DNA of 64,000 nt from Planctomycetota bacterium (lineage in GTDB: Bacteria > Planctomycetota > UBA1135 > UBA2386), in NCBI GenBank assembly GCA_965223545.1, contig OZ245006.1, positions 2,208,001 to 2,272,000 of the forward strand. Reading direction: 5' to 3'. This document shows, in pieces, positions 8,827 to 18,927 of the stretch (the stretch's first letter is position 1; every line of letters starts with the position of its first letter). The notes under the pieces were generated by a model. The model saw nothing but the letters and a program-made list of their open reading frames with translations. It ran no database searches and was not told the origin of the DNA. A program made the position numbers and the translations under genes.

Positions 8827-11800
8827 CGCTGCTCCCCGAGCGCACCGGTCGACAGCAGAGTGGCCAGCGCTTCGATCCTGGGCCGCGGCGGCAGCTCGAA
8901 GAACACTCCGGCGCCCGGTACCCGTGGCGACATCCCCCGCAGGAACGCGAACAGAACGCCACCGAAATGCTCCTCGTAGCGGTAGTCGGCGCGGCGCTGC
9001 GTCAGATAGCGGTGCACGGCCACGGCGTACAGGTGGTACTGCAGGAAGTAGTCCCCGTGCCGCATCGCCGCCTCGAGCCCGGCGCCCTGATAGTCGCTCG
9101 CGACTCGGCCCAAGTAGTTGGTCTTGTAGTCGAGCACGTAGTAGCGACCGCCGTGTTCGAAGACGAGATCCACGAACCCCTTCAGGAAACCGTGCAGCGG
9201 AGCGAACCGCACCCCGGCGAGGTAGTCCACCCATTCTTCCGGCAGCTCCGCGCTGGGGTGTGCCCGCAGCGCCGCCGCCAAGTCCGCCGGCGTCACCCGG
9301 TACTCGTTGTTCGCCACCGGCAGCTGGAACTCCAACTCGTTGAGCCGCGCCGAGGCCCGGACGTCGGCCAGCCGCACGGACCCCGTGGCGACCGGCATCT
9401 CGGAGCCGAGGATCTCGGTCAGCGCACGCTGCACGATCTCGGTCCACTCCGCGTCGAACCCGTGTGCCGCGAGCTTCTCCTGGATCAGTGGACGATGCGT
9501 CGCCGCGGCCGCCTGGAACTCCACGTGCTCGAGCAAGTCGTGGAAGAAGTTGCCGGCACGCGCGCCGCGCGGAAACTCGGCCAGGGTGACCGGCTCGCCG
9601 GCGGCAACGGGCTCGGCGGGACGCGCGGCCGCATCCGCCGGCGAGCGATCGTCGCGCTCGCGAGCATCTTCTGGGTGCACCACCGCCTGGCCGACGAGCT
9701 GCGAGAAGCTCGCGATCCGCCAGCTGCGGTCGAGCATGCGACCGAAGGTCCGCGCCGAGAGCGGCGGCGACGGCAGCTTCACCGCCGGCAACACCGCCGG
9801 CGCCAGCGCCCGCGCCGCGCGGCTGATGCCGATGGCGCCGTCCGACGCATCACGCAGCGCGGTCAAGCGGTTCCACAACGCAGAATCATCGGCCTTGCGC
9901 ATGCACTCGTGCAACGCCGAGACCTCGTGCCCCGGCGGCGGGTCGTCGCCCGAGTGCAGTAGGTAGGCCAGTGCCGAAGTGTCGAAGTTGTAGAACCCAC
10001 CCCACAGCACGACACAGCGGTGCCGGGCCCGCGTCAGCGCGACGTAGAGCAAGCGCACGTTCTCGGCGAGGCTCTCGCGCCGCGCCGCCGTCAGCGCGAC
10101 GCCGTCGTCCGCCCGCTGCGGATCGACGTCGACCCGCACCGCGGCATCGTCCGGGTCGTGATAGACGACGGCACGCCGATCGTCGGGGTGCAGCAACCAG
10201 CCATCCCACAGGTAGGGGCAGAACACGACCTCGTACTCCAACCCCTTCGCGCGGTGCACCGTGGTGATCCGCACGGCCCGCGCATCGCTTTCCAGCCGAA
10301 TCTGCGCCACTTCTGCCGCGTATCCCTGCTGCGCGCGCTGCTCTTGCAACCAGTGCAGCAGTCCGCGGATGCCGAGATGCTGGCCGGTCGCGGCGGTATG
10401 CAGCAGCTCGGTGAGATGCAGCAGGTTGGTCAGGCGTCGCTCGCCGTCGACCAGGCCCAACAGCCGCCGCTGGACTCCACCGGTCGCCAACAGGCCTCGC
10501 ATCATCTGCACGAAGCCGCGCTCGACCCAGTCCGTGTGCAACGCGCGGAACCCGTGCACCCAGCGCTCCCAGTCATCGCCGCCCTCCTCCATCGCCTGCA
10601 GCGCGCCCGCAGTGACGCCGAGCAACTCGGTGGTCAGCGCCGCGCGCAGGGCGCTGCCGTTGACCGGCTCGGCGACAGCGGCGAGAACGCGCTGCAGATC
10701 GGCGGCTTCGGCGGTCTCGAACACACTGCGGTCACCGAGCACGACCGACGGGATCCTCGCGCTGCGCAGCGCATCCTGCACCGCGAACGCCTGCTTGTTG
10801 GTGCGCGTCAGGACCGCGACATCGCCGGCCCCGAGCCGCCGGCCGGCGATCGTCGCGCGCCGCAGCAGATCGGCGATCTCGCTCGCGACCAACGCCGGAA
10901 TGCCGACCTCGGCCCACGCCGCGCTGATGCGCCGCTGGCCGCGGAACGACGCATCGGTCTCGTCGCGCGGCACGAACTGCAACTGCAGCGGCTCGCTCGG
11001 CCGGCCGTCGATCTCGAGCTGGTCGCGTGCCCCCGGCCGCGCGCTAACGTCGACGTAGTCGATCTCGGCGAAGAGGAACGGCCGCGTCGACTGCCGGAAG
11101 ACCCGGTTGACGGCCTCGACCAGAGTCGGTGCCGACCGCCAGTTGTGGCGCATCGTGTAGCGCCGCGTCGCATCCGTGTCCGCGACTGCCTCGAGATAGG
11201 CGAACACGTCCGCACCGCGAAACGAGTAGATCGCCTGCTTGGGATCACCGACCAAGAACAAGCGCGTGCCCGACTGCCCGTAGAGGCGATGGAACACTTC
11301 GTACTGCACTGGATCGGTATCCTGGAACTCGTCCACCAACGCCACCGGGTAGCGCTGGGCGACGGCGCGCTGCAGCGCGCCGCCCGCGGCACCGCGCAGA
11401 GCGTCCCGCACCACGAGGAGGAGATCGTCGAACGACAGCACGCCGCGCTCCTCCTTGCGCCGCGGCAGCTCGCGGCGGGCGTAGTCGACCAGCTCGTGCT
11501 GAAACCGGATCGCCTCCGCGCGGGCGGACCCCGCCGCCCGCGCGGCCGCCACTGCCAGCGCGTCGCATGCGGCAAAGAAGGGGTGGCGCACCGGCGCCGG
11601 CGCGCGCGCAGTGGTCGCCGCATCGATGCTGCTCTGCCGCAGTCGATGAAACGCCGCGTCCGCCGGCGGCGGCAATCGCGGCGCCGCCAAGAACTCGCCG
11701 ACCGCGGCGCACAGCTGCGGCATCCGGTCCTCGCGGTAGGAACGTCGGTTGAGGGCGCCCGATGTCAGCAGCTCCAGCACCGCCTCCGCATCCCACGCTG

Positions 11801-12470
11801 CCCGCGCTTCGTCCAGAGCCAACTCCAAGCCAGGCCGCCAGTCGGCCTCCGACTCGGCCGCGGGAGGCGGCACCAAGACGAGGTCCGGATCCTGGTCCAC
11901 TCGCCGGACGATGGCCTCCAACGTCGCCAGCTGCACGCCTTGCCGGACCAGCGAGGTGGCGGCCGCCTCATCGCCGGCGGACATGCGCCGCACCCAGAAG
12001 TCGCCGGCGATCTGACGCCACAGCCCGCGCGGGTCAGTCATCAATTCGTGCTCGAACAGCACGCCGCTGTCGAACGCGCTGTCGTGCAGCACGCGATAGC
12101 AGAAGCCGTGGATCGTCGAGATCGGTGCCAGGTCGACACTGCGCAGCGCCGCTTCGAGCCGGGCCACGGCGCCGCGCCGATCGGCACAGCGCTGCAACAG
12201 GACCTCCAGCACATGGTCGCCGCCGGGGTCGCCGCTCTGGAACACGGCCAGCGCACCGACCAGCCGGTCGCGGACCCGGTCGCGCAGCTCCGCCGTCGCC
12301 GCTTCGGTGAAGGTCACCACCAGCGCGCGCTCGATGCCGAGCTCTGCCTCCAACAGCAGCCGCAACATCAGGGTCGTGATGGCATAGGTCTTGCCGGTGC
12401 CCGCACTGGCCTCGACGAGGACGCGGCCATCGAGCGGCACTTCCAGCGCATCGAAGGCGTGCATCGCCAT
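8823..12470 (-). CDS. recB: Exodeoxyribonuclease V beta subunit
   Basis: EASAGTGKT, VDEFQDTD, GDPKQAIYSFRGAD, LLYVALTRA, C-terminal nuclease GFVDLV...DYKTN. Confidence 0.95.
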   Translation of the reverse strand: MAMHAFDALEVPLDGRVLVEASAGTGKTYAITTLMLRLLLEAELGIERALVVTFTEAATAELRDRVRDRLVGALAVFQSGDPGGDHVLEVLLQRCADRRGAVARLEAALRSVDLAPISTIHGFCYRVLHDSAFDSGVLFEHELMTDPRGLWRQIAGDFWVRRMSAGDEAAATSLVRQGVQLATLEAIVRRVDQDPDLVLVPPPAAESEADWRPGLELALDEARAAWDAEAVLELLTSGALNRRSYREDRMPQLCAAVGEFLAAPRLPPPADAAFHRLRQSSIDAATTARAPAPVRHPFFAACDALAVAAARAAGSARAEAIRFQHELVDYARRELPRRKEERGVLSFDDLLLVVRDALRGAAGGALQRAVAQRYPVALVDEFQDTDPVQYEVFHRLYGQSGTRLFLVGDPKQAIYSFRGADVFAYLEAVADTDATRRYTMRHNWRSAPTLVEAVNRVFRQSTRPFLFAEIDYVDVSARPGARDQLEIDGRPSEPLQLQFVPRDETDASFRGQRRISAAWAEVGIPALVASEIADLLRRATIAGRRLGAGDVAVLTRTNKQAFAVQDALRSARIPSVVLGDRSVFETAEAADLQRVLAAVAEPVNGSALRAALTTELLGVTAGALQAMEEGGDDWERWVHGFRALHTDWVERGFVQMMRGLLATGGVQRRLLGLVDGERRLTNLLHLTELLHTAATGQHLGIRGLLHWLQEQRAQQGYAAEVAQIRLESDARAVRITTVHRAKGLEYEVVFCPYLWDGWLLHPDDRRAVVYHDPDDAAVRVDVDPQRADDGVALTAARRESLAENVRLLYVALTRARHRCVVLWGGFYNFDTSALAYLLHSGDDPPPGHEVSALHECMRKADDSALWNRLTALRDASDGAIGISRAARALAPAVLPAVKLPSPPLSARTFGRMLDRSWRIASFSQLVGQAVVHPEDARERDDRSPADAAARPAEPVAAGEPVTLAEFPRGARAGNFFHDLLEHVEFQAAAATHRPLIQEKLAAHGFDAEWTEIVQRALTEILGSEMPVATGSVRLADVRASARLNELEFQLPVANNEYRVTPADLAAALRAHPSAELPEEWVDYLAGVRFAPLHGFLKGFVDLVFEHGGRYYVLDYKTNYLGRVASDYQGAGLEAAMRHGDYFLQYHLYAVAVHRYLTQRRADYRYEEHFGGVLFAFLRGMSPRVPGAGVFFELPPRPRIEALATLLSTGALGEQR

Positions 12471-15400
12471 CAGGCCCGTTCCTCGGTGTAGTGCAGCATC
12501 GGGCCGCAGACGGTGCACGCGACCTCGGCAAACGTCGGTCCGACCGTCACGACGTCGTCGAACGGCGGCTTCGACCTGCCGAAGACTCGCTCGGTGTGCT
12601 CGTCGTAGCGCTGCTCGTCGTAGCCGCGCCGCTGCCATCGGCCAGCGACCAGGCGGAGGGCCGGCTCGAGCTCGGTGCCGCGCGCCATTCGGTGGATCAG
12701 ATCGAGGCTGGTGGACGGCACCAGAAGCAGGGGAGCCCGCTGTCCCATCCGATACAGCTCGACCAGCTCGAGCAATCGCTCCAGCGGCGCCTCCACCGCC
12801 GAGAAGTGCCGTGTCACCACTTGCTCGTCGCCGTCCTTGCGCCCACCGCTCGGCACCCGACCGACCAGGCTCGTGCGTGGCGCGACTCCGGGCGGCCCCA
12901 CCGCGCAGAGCACGACGTGCCGGATCCATGCGCCCAGCTCGGCCTTGGCCGACACGCGCGAGAACTGGCAGTGCACCAGGCCGGTCGGCCCGACTCCCGG
13001 CAGCATGCCCACGATGCGGGTGCCGTCGGGCAACGCCAGCCGGACGGGGTGCACTCCATCGCCAGGCCCACCGGCGGCCTGCACCGCCGCGACGATTTCC
13101 TCTGCGTTGCGCAGGACGTCCTCGTGGGCGAGCATCCCCGCCGCGCCGGGCGGCAGGGCGCCGCGCGCCCGCTCGAGCTCCAGGAGCGCCGCGGCCGGCA
13201 GACCGGCGAGCCGGTGGTTCAACAGTCGATTGCCGATCGAGTAGGTCTCCAGCGGCTCCAGCTCCAGCGGCACCTCGTCGCTGTGCTGCACCGTGTCGTC
13301 ACGGAGATAGACGCGCAACGCCCGGTTGAGCAAGAACGCCGCCGGGTTGCGAAAGAACCGCACCAGCTCGTCCAGCTCGATCTCCGCGGCAGGCTCTTCC
13401 TCCGCCAACGGCGCGGTGAACAGCTGCACGCCTGCAGCTTCGCCGGCGTCGCCTTGCTCGACCCCGGCGAGCAGCGAGTCTTCGTAGCTGAACAGCTCCG
13501 GCTGGCTGCCATCGAAGTAGGCGCGGCTGAACGGCTGCAACGGATGCCGGACCACCAGCACCCGCCGCAGCGAAGGATCGCCGTGCGCGTCGCAGACTGC
13601 ATCGAGAAGCTCGGCAACCACCACGGACGGCGGCAGAATGCGGTTGTCGCGAATGCTCTGCCCCGTGTAGGTGATGAGCACCGCGTCGCGCGCCGACAAC
13701 AGCGCTTCCAAGAACAGGTAGCGGTCGTCACTGCGCCGCGACCGATCGCCCGGCCGGCGCTTGCCGCGCACGGTCAGATCGAACTCGACGGCGCGATCCT
13801 GCCGCGGAAACGCGCCGTCGTTCATGCCGAGCATGCACACCACGCGGAACGGAATGCTGCGCATCGGCAAGAACGCGCAGAACGTCACGCCGCCGCCGAG
13901 GAAGCCGCGCTCGGCGTGCGCCTCGTCGAGACGGGGCTGCAACAACCCGGCCAACACGGCAACATCCACCGGCTCGCCGAAGCCGGCGTCGGCGGCCTCC
14001 GCCGCGATCATCGCCATCGCGTCGCGAATCCGGTGGCACTCGGCCTCGCGGTCGCCATCGACGCCGATCATCTGCACGAGCAAGTCATTGACGGCTTCGA
14101 CCCATTCGGCGACCGTGCGGCGGCGCGCAAGACGCTCCAGCCACCCGAACAGCACGGCGGCGTACTCCGCCAGCCGACCGAGCAGATCGGCGTCATGCCC
14201 CTCGATCTCATCGAAGGGCAGCACGTCGCCCAGCATGCCGCTTCCATCACCCGGCATCGCGTAGCCGAGCAGCATGCGGTCGAGGCCGCGCTGCCACGTG
14301 TTGTCGTCGCACCTCGGATGGCCATGCCGAACCCGGTGGTCGGCATCGATTCCCCACCGCACCGCGCTCTCGCTCAGCCAGCGCGCGACGGCATCGAGTT
14401 CTGCCGGCGCCATGCGGAAGCGCTGGTGCACGGGCGCGAGCCGCAGCAAGTCGAGGATCTCCGAAACCGGAGCGCGGCCGTTGACCATGGCGAACACGCG
14501 CAACACCGCATCGACCACCGGACTCTCGCTGCGCACCGTGCGATCGGCGATGCGCATCGGGATTCGAGCGCGGTCTTCCCGGTCGAAGACGGCCTCCACG
14601 AGAGGCGCGTAGGCCTCGACGTCGGCCATCATCACGACGATGTCGCGCGGCTGCAGAGTTGGATCGGTATCCAACAACGCCAGCAGCTGGTCACGCAACA
14701 CCTCTACTTCGCGCATGGGCCCATGGCACGAGTGCACGCGAATCGACCGATCGCTCGGGTCGACCGCGATCGGCTGCGGCTTCGGGTCGGCGAACGGCAG
14801 CAGGGGATGATCGGCCGCGCGGCGCGGCCGCCGTCGCGGCTTCGTCTCCTCGAACCGATCCGGTCGCGCCGCGGTCGGTACGCGCAGGTGCAAGAGGTCG
14901 CCTTGTAGCCGCGCCAACAGCCCGTTCGAGCCGGGCTCGACGAAGGCCTCGTGCCGCTGTTCGTCGAGTCGCGCGACCTCCACACCATCCATCAACGCCG
15001 CCGCGAACTCGGCACCCACCCCGCCCATCGACGCCAACAGCGGGTGACCGAGATCGACGTGCAGATCGGCGGGATCGCTGCCGGCGCGCAGCACTCGGGC
15101 AGCTTGTTGCGGTGACAGCAGGTCTCCCCAGAACTCCGCCGTCGGCGCCAGCTGGAACAGGTGCACGTCGGTCCGGTGCGCCAGATTGAGCAGCGCGCGC
15201 AAGAACAACGGCGCCACTGCCGAGACGCCGAACACGCTGACCCGAGCGGGCAACCCATCCAGGGGGCCACGCCCGAGCAACGCGGCCTCCAACGCGGGCT
15301 CCTGCCCTGCGATGTGCTCGCTGCCGAGCCGGGCGACCACCGCGCGCCACAGCGGCGGCTGCCAGGCGAGCTCGCGACCCGAAACGCCGGGAGTGTCCTC

Positions 15401-15871
15401 GCCGCCTTGCTGCCATGCGCGGATCAGCTCCGGACGGTAGGTCAGGTAGCGGTCGAACACCGACGCGACCCGGCGCGCCAGCTGGCTGCGCCGCACGCCG
15501 CGGACATCCTCACCGACATAGTGCCGCAACCGCGCGAACCTGCGGTCCGCCAGCAGGTCGCCGAGACTCGCGAGCACCGCCCAGTACAGCCGCGCGCGCC
15601 CGTGTCGATCCGGGTCCACGGCCACGCCGAGCACCGCTGCGGCGGTGCGCTCGACGAACCGCCGCGGGTACAGGAACTCACCGTTGGCAAAGCCGCCGTG
15701 ATGCTCGGCGAGCCGCATCGCCAACCAGGTCGCCATTCCCCGGCTCTGCACCACGACGCACTCCGGCGTGAACACCCCACCGGGTGGCGTCGCGGTGATC
15801 TCGGCCAGCTGGCGCACCAGCTCTTCGGCGCGATTGCTCGCGTGGACGTGGATCGCAGGAGGAACGGACAT
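12470..15871 (-). CDS. recC: Exodeoxyribonuclease V gamma subunit
   Basis: SNRAEEL, VVQSRGMATWL, FDRYLTYRP, CHGPMREVEVL, PMRSIPFRVVC, DDRYLFLEALLSAR, HPLQPFS. Confidence 0.95.
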   Translation of the reverse strand: MSVPPAIHVHASNRAEELVRQLAEITATPPGGVFTPECVVVQSRGMATWLAMRLAEHHGGFANGEFLYPRRFVERTAAAVLGVAVDPDRHGRARLYWAVLASLGDLLADRRFARLRHYVGEDVRGVRRSQLARRVASVFDRYLTYRPELIRAWQQGGEDTPGVSGRELAWQPPLWRAVVARLGSEHIAGQEPALEAALLGRGPLDGLPARVSVFGVSAVAPLFLRALLNLAHRTDVHLFQLAPTAEFWGDLLSPQQAARVLRAGSDPADLHVDLGHPLLASMGGVGAEFAAALMDGVEVARLDEQRHEAFVEPGSNGLLARLQGDLLHLRVPTAARPDRFEETKPRRRPRRAADHPLLPFADPKPQPIAVDPSDRSIRVHSCHGPMREVEVLRDQLLALLDTDPTLQPRDIVVMMADVEAYAPLVEAVFDREDRARIPMRIADRTVRSESPVVDAVLRVFAMVNGRAPVSEILDLLRLAPVHQRFRMAPAELDAVARWLSESAVRWGIDADHRVRHGHPRCDDNTWQRGLDRMLLGYAMPGDGSGMLGDVLPFDEIEGHDADLLGRLAEYAAVLFGWLERLARRRTVAEWVEAVNDLLVQMIGVDGDREAECHRIRDAMAMIAAEAADAGFGEPVDVAVLAGLLQPRLDEAHAERGFLGGGVTFCAFLPMRSIPFRVVCMLGMNDGAFPRQDRAVEFDLTVRGKRRPGDRSRRSDDRYLFLEALLSARDAVLITYTGQSIRDNRILPPSVVVAELLDAVCDAHGDPSLRRVLVVRHPLQPFSRAYFDGSQPELFSYEDSLLAGVEQGDAGEAAGVQLFTAPLAEEEPAAEIELDELVRFFRNPAAFLLNRALRVYLRDDTVQHSDEVPLELEPLETYSIGNRLLNHRLAGLPAAALLELERARGALPPGAAGMLAHEDVLRNAEEIVAAVQAAGGPGDGVHPVRLALPDGTRIVGMLPGVGPTGLVHCQFSRVSAKAELGAWIRHVVLCAVGPPGVAPRTSLVGRVPSGGRKDGDEQVVTRHFSAVEAPLERLLELVELYRMGQRAPLLLVPSTSLDLIHRMARGTELEPALRLVAGRWQRRGYDEQRYDEHTERVFGRSKPPFDDVVTVGPTFAEVACTVCGPMLHYTEERA

Positions 15872-15943
15872 CGGCGCCCGCGCGTTTTTGTACTACACGG
15901 ACTCACCGAGGCCCAACGCGACCCGACGCTGTTTGCGAGCGAC

Positions 15944-17953
15944 CTACTGGATGGTGAACGGCAAATACGGAGCGAGCACGAACGGAGTCGGCGCAGCCGG
16001 CAGCGCGATGCCGCCCCAAGCGAACAGCGGCAGCCCACGCAGGGCGGGATCGCTCGGCACCGGCAGGGTGATCCCGCCGCGGCCACTCGCATCCAGAGCA
16101 CCGATCGTAAGGACGACCGCGGACGCCGGCGGCAGCGGTGGCACACCCAGTGACAACAGCAAGAAGTACGCGCCGCCCGCGCGGGCGGTACCGGCGTCCA
16201 GATCCAACCGAGCGCTGGAGCCGATCACTGCGGGCGCGGCCAACGAGATCTGCGGCAACCACAGCATTCGATCGAGCGTGGCGTGCAACGCGACGAAGTC
16301 GTGCGTCTGGTTGTCGATGCTCTCATCGACCCAGACCGGTTGACGCGCCAGCGTCCAGACCACGTCCGAGGAGTTCATCCAGTGGCCGTTGACCTGGGCC
16401 ATCGGCGCGCCTCCTCCGCCACCGAACGCGGTCTCCACCGCGGCCGCGTTGAGGTCGATCGCGTGGAAGTTCTGCGGGTGGGTACCGGGCTCGTGGTCCA
16501 CCGCGGTCTGGCGGCGCACGTAGATCGCATCGACCTGCGGCATGAAGGAGAGCGCCTCGCGCTCCCCCCAGAACACGTCATCCGTCGGCACGACCGGCAC
16601 GAAGCCGCCACTCGCGGCGGCGGTCTCGGCCCGCGTCGCCGGCCCCTCGAAGTCGCGCAGCAGCGCAACCGCTGGACTGCCGGGATAGCGTGCCAGGCAG
16701 CCGGCGGCCATCGTCACTCCGTAGCCGTAGCTGGCCACGACGAGGCGTGAGGCATCGACCTCCGCCCGTGCCGCCACTGCCTGCAACACGGTCCGCAGAC
16801 CGTCCTGCTGGCGATGGCCGCCGTAGTCCTCGATCGTGTAGGTCCCGCCGTTGGTGCTGACCCCGCGGCCGTCGGGATCGAAACGCACCGCGACGAACCC
16901 CTGCGCGGCAAAGTAGCGGCACGCGTCGATGAACGGTGCGCCCGGGTCCAAACGGTCGGGCACGAACACGACGGCGGGGCGCCGATTGGCCGGCCCCGCG
17001 TCGACCGGGACGTAGACCGTGTAGGAGAGGTTGACGCCTGTGGTCGGATTCTGCACGAAGAGCTCGCGCACCAGGGTCGGAGCCGGCGGCGGATACTCCC
17101 AGACGACGTTGCCCGCCGGATCGATCTCGCGCAGCACTGACCCGCTGATCAAGAAGTTACCGCTCGACAAGAGGTCGACGTCGTAGACCCAGGAGCGCGT
17201 CGGCACGGTGGCTTGCACGACTCCCATCCGATCGACGACCAGAAGCCGGCCATTGAACGAGTCGGCGATCAACACATCGCCGTTCGGCATCGGATCGACG
17301 TCGCGCGGACTGTTCATCACCGCCGCGCCGGTCGGCGCGTAGCTCCACACGACCTGACCCGCCGGGTCGACCTCGATGATCCGGTTGTTGCCGGAATCCG
17401 CGATCAACGTGTTGCCGTTGGCGAGTCGGTTCGGGTTGTGCGGGTGGTTCATCAGCGGGTTGCTGCGAAGCGGCGGATACTTCCACACGACGTTGCCCAC
17501 GCGATCGATCTCCACGCAGCGGTGCTTGCCGAGCTCGGAGAACAAGATGTTGCCGTTGGCCAGCACCTTCGCGTCGTTGGGAAACTCGATGCGCGTCCCG
17601 TCGGACAGCGGCACGACCGTATCGCTGTCCCAGAGGATGCGTCCGTCGGGCGCGACCTCGATGATCCGGTTGCGCGAGAAGTCGGTGATCAGCGCATCCC
17701 ACCCCGTCGTCGGCTGGGCGCTGTGCGCGCCACGTGTCGAGACCGGCCAGAAGTGCACCAGTTTCCGACTTGGGTCGAGCACGAAGCACATCGACTCGTC
17801 GTTTCCCGAGGTCCAGTTGTTGACGCTGGTGACCACGGTGTAGCCCCCGGGCATCGGCACAACCTCGTGGTTGGACCGACCGATCGTCTGGGCAGACACC
17901 GAAGCCGTGCATGAGATCGCGGCAAGCGCGACGCTCCTAAAAACGTGCCGCAT
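15944..17953 (-). CDS. Secreted beta-propeller (NHL/arylsulfotransferase-like repeats) + alpha/beta-hydrolase-like protein with C-terminal beta domain
   Basis: Signal peptide MRHVFRSVALAAISCTASVSAQ; repeats LANGNTLIADSGNNRIIEVDPAGQVVW; FDPDGRGVS hydrolase motif. Confidence 0.72.
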   Translation of the reverse strand: MRHVFRSVALAAISCTASVSAQTIGRSNHEVVPMPGGYTVVTSVNNWTSGNDESMCFVLDPSRKLVHFWPVSTRGAHSAQPTTGWDALITDFSRNRIIEVAPDGRILWDSDTVVPLSDGTRIEFPNDAKVLANGNILFSELGKHRCVEIDRVGNVVWKYPPLRSNPLMNHPHNPNRLANGNTLIADSGNNRIIEVDPAGQVVWSYAPTGAAVMNSPRDVDPMPNGDVLIADSFNGRLLVVDRMGVVQATVPTRSWVYDVDLLSSGNFLISGSVLREIDPAGNVVWEYPPPAPTLVRELFVQNPTTGVNLSYTVYVPVDAGPANRRPAVVFVPDRLDPGAPFIDACRYFAAQGFVAVRFDPDGRGVSTNGGTYTIEDYGGHRQQDGLRTVLQAVAARAEVDASRLVVASYGYGVTMAAGCLARYPGSPAVALLRDFEGPATRAETAAASGGFVPVVPTDDVFWGEREALSFMPQVDAIYVRRQTAVDHEPGTHPQNFHAIDLNAAAVETAFGGGGGAPMAQVNGHWMNSSDVVWTLARQPVWVDESIDNQTHDFVALHATLDRMLWLPQISLAAPAVIGSSARLDLDAGTARAGGAYFLLLSLGVPPLPPASAVVLTIGALDASGRGGITLPVPSDPALRGLPLFAWGGIALPAAPTPFVLAPYLPFTIQ

Positions 17954-17960
17954 CTGATTA

Positions 17961-17988
17961 ATGGTAGTTGGGGGGGTGAGGTCGTCAA
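17961..17988 (-). promoter_or_regulatory. Sigma70-like promoter, probably giving a leaderless transcript
   Basis: Minus strand TTGACG-16 nt-TACCAT, then 7 nt to ATG 17953. Confidence 0.55.
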
Positions 17989-18108
17989 CGCCCCCCGGTT
18001 GCCCCTCCGGACCACCGCCCGTGCCGGCCTGATAGCAGTGCCGCAAGTTCTCCCCGACCCTTCGCTTGCATCCGTACCCACAACCACCGGCGGGTAGCAT
18101 GGCGCGGC

Positions 18109-18909
18109 ATGCGCATCGCCTTGATCCAACAGCGGGTGGACGCCGACAAAGCGACCTGTTTGCGCCGCGGCATCGAGAGCGTTCGCGCCGCCGCGCGCGG
18201 CGGCGCCCGGCTCGCCGCCTTTGCCGAGCTCGCCTTCGAGCCGTTCTTCCCCTGCCGCAAGCGGGGCGACCGAGCCCGACCGCCGGCCGAGACCATTCCG
18301 GGGCCGACCACCGATGCGCTCGCCGCCGTGGCACGCGAGCACGGCGTCGTCCTCATCGCCAATCTGTACGAGAGTGACGGCGAACGTCGTTTCGACAGCT
18401 CACCGGTGATCGACGCCGACGGCAGCCTGCTCGGCGTGCAACGCATGCTGCACATCACCGACTACGAGCACTTCCGCGAGCAGGACTACTACGATCCCGG
18501 CGACCTCGGCGCGCCCGTCCTCGACACCGCCGCGGGCAAAGTCGGGGTCGCCATCTGCTACGACCGGCACTATCCCGAAGTCATGCGACGCCTCGGCCTG
18601 GACGGTGCCGAGCTCGTCGTCGTGCCACAGGCCGGCACCGTCGGCGAGTGGCCGGACGGACTCTACGAAGCCGAGCTCCGCGTGGCCTCGTTCCAGAACG
18701 GCTACTTCACCGCGCTGTGCAACCGAGTGGGCGCGGAGGGCGAGATGCGTTTTGCGGGAGAGTCGTTCGCGTGCGATCCCGAGGGCCGCGTCATCGCCCG
18801 GGCGCCGCGCGACGAGGACCACGTTCTCATGGTCGATCTCGATATGACCATGGTGCCCCGGTCGACCGCGCGCCGGCTGTTCCTGGCACACCGGCGCGAA
18901 GGCTGGTGA
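18109..18909 (+). CDS. Carbon-nitrogen hydrolase (nitrilase superfamily; N-carbamoylputrescine amidase/ureidopropionase-like)
   Basis: FAEL, F.E..YY.PGD, VGVAICYDRHYPE, NRVG.E, FAGESF..DP.G motifs. Confidence 0.88.
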   Translation: MRIALIQQRVDADKATCLRRGIESVRAAARGGARLAAFAELAFEPFFPCRKRGDRARPPAETIPGPTTDALAAVAREHGVVLIANLYESDGERRFDSSPVIDADGSLLGVQRMLHITDYEHFREQDYYDPGDLGAPVLDTAAGKVGVAICYDRHYPEVMRRLGLDGAELVVVPQAGTVGEWPDGLYEAELRVASFQNGYFTALCNRVGAEGEMRFAGESFACDPEGRVIARAPRDEDHVLMVDLDMTMVPRSTARRLFLAHRREGW

Positions 18910-18927
18910 GCGGCGCCCCGTGGGGCG

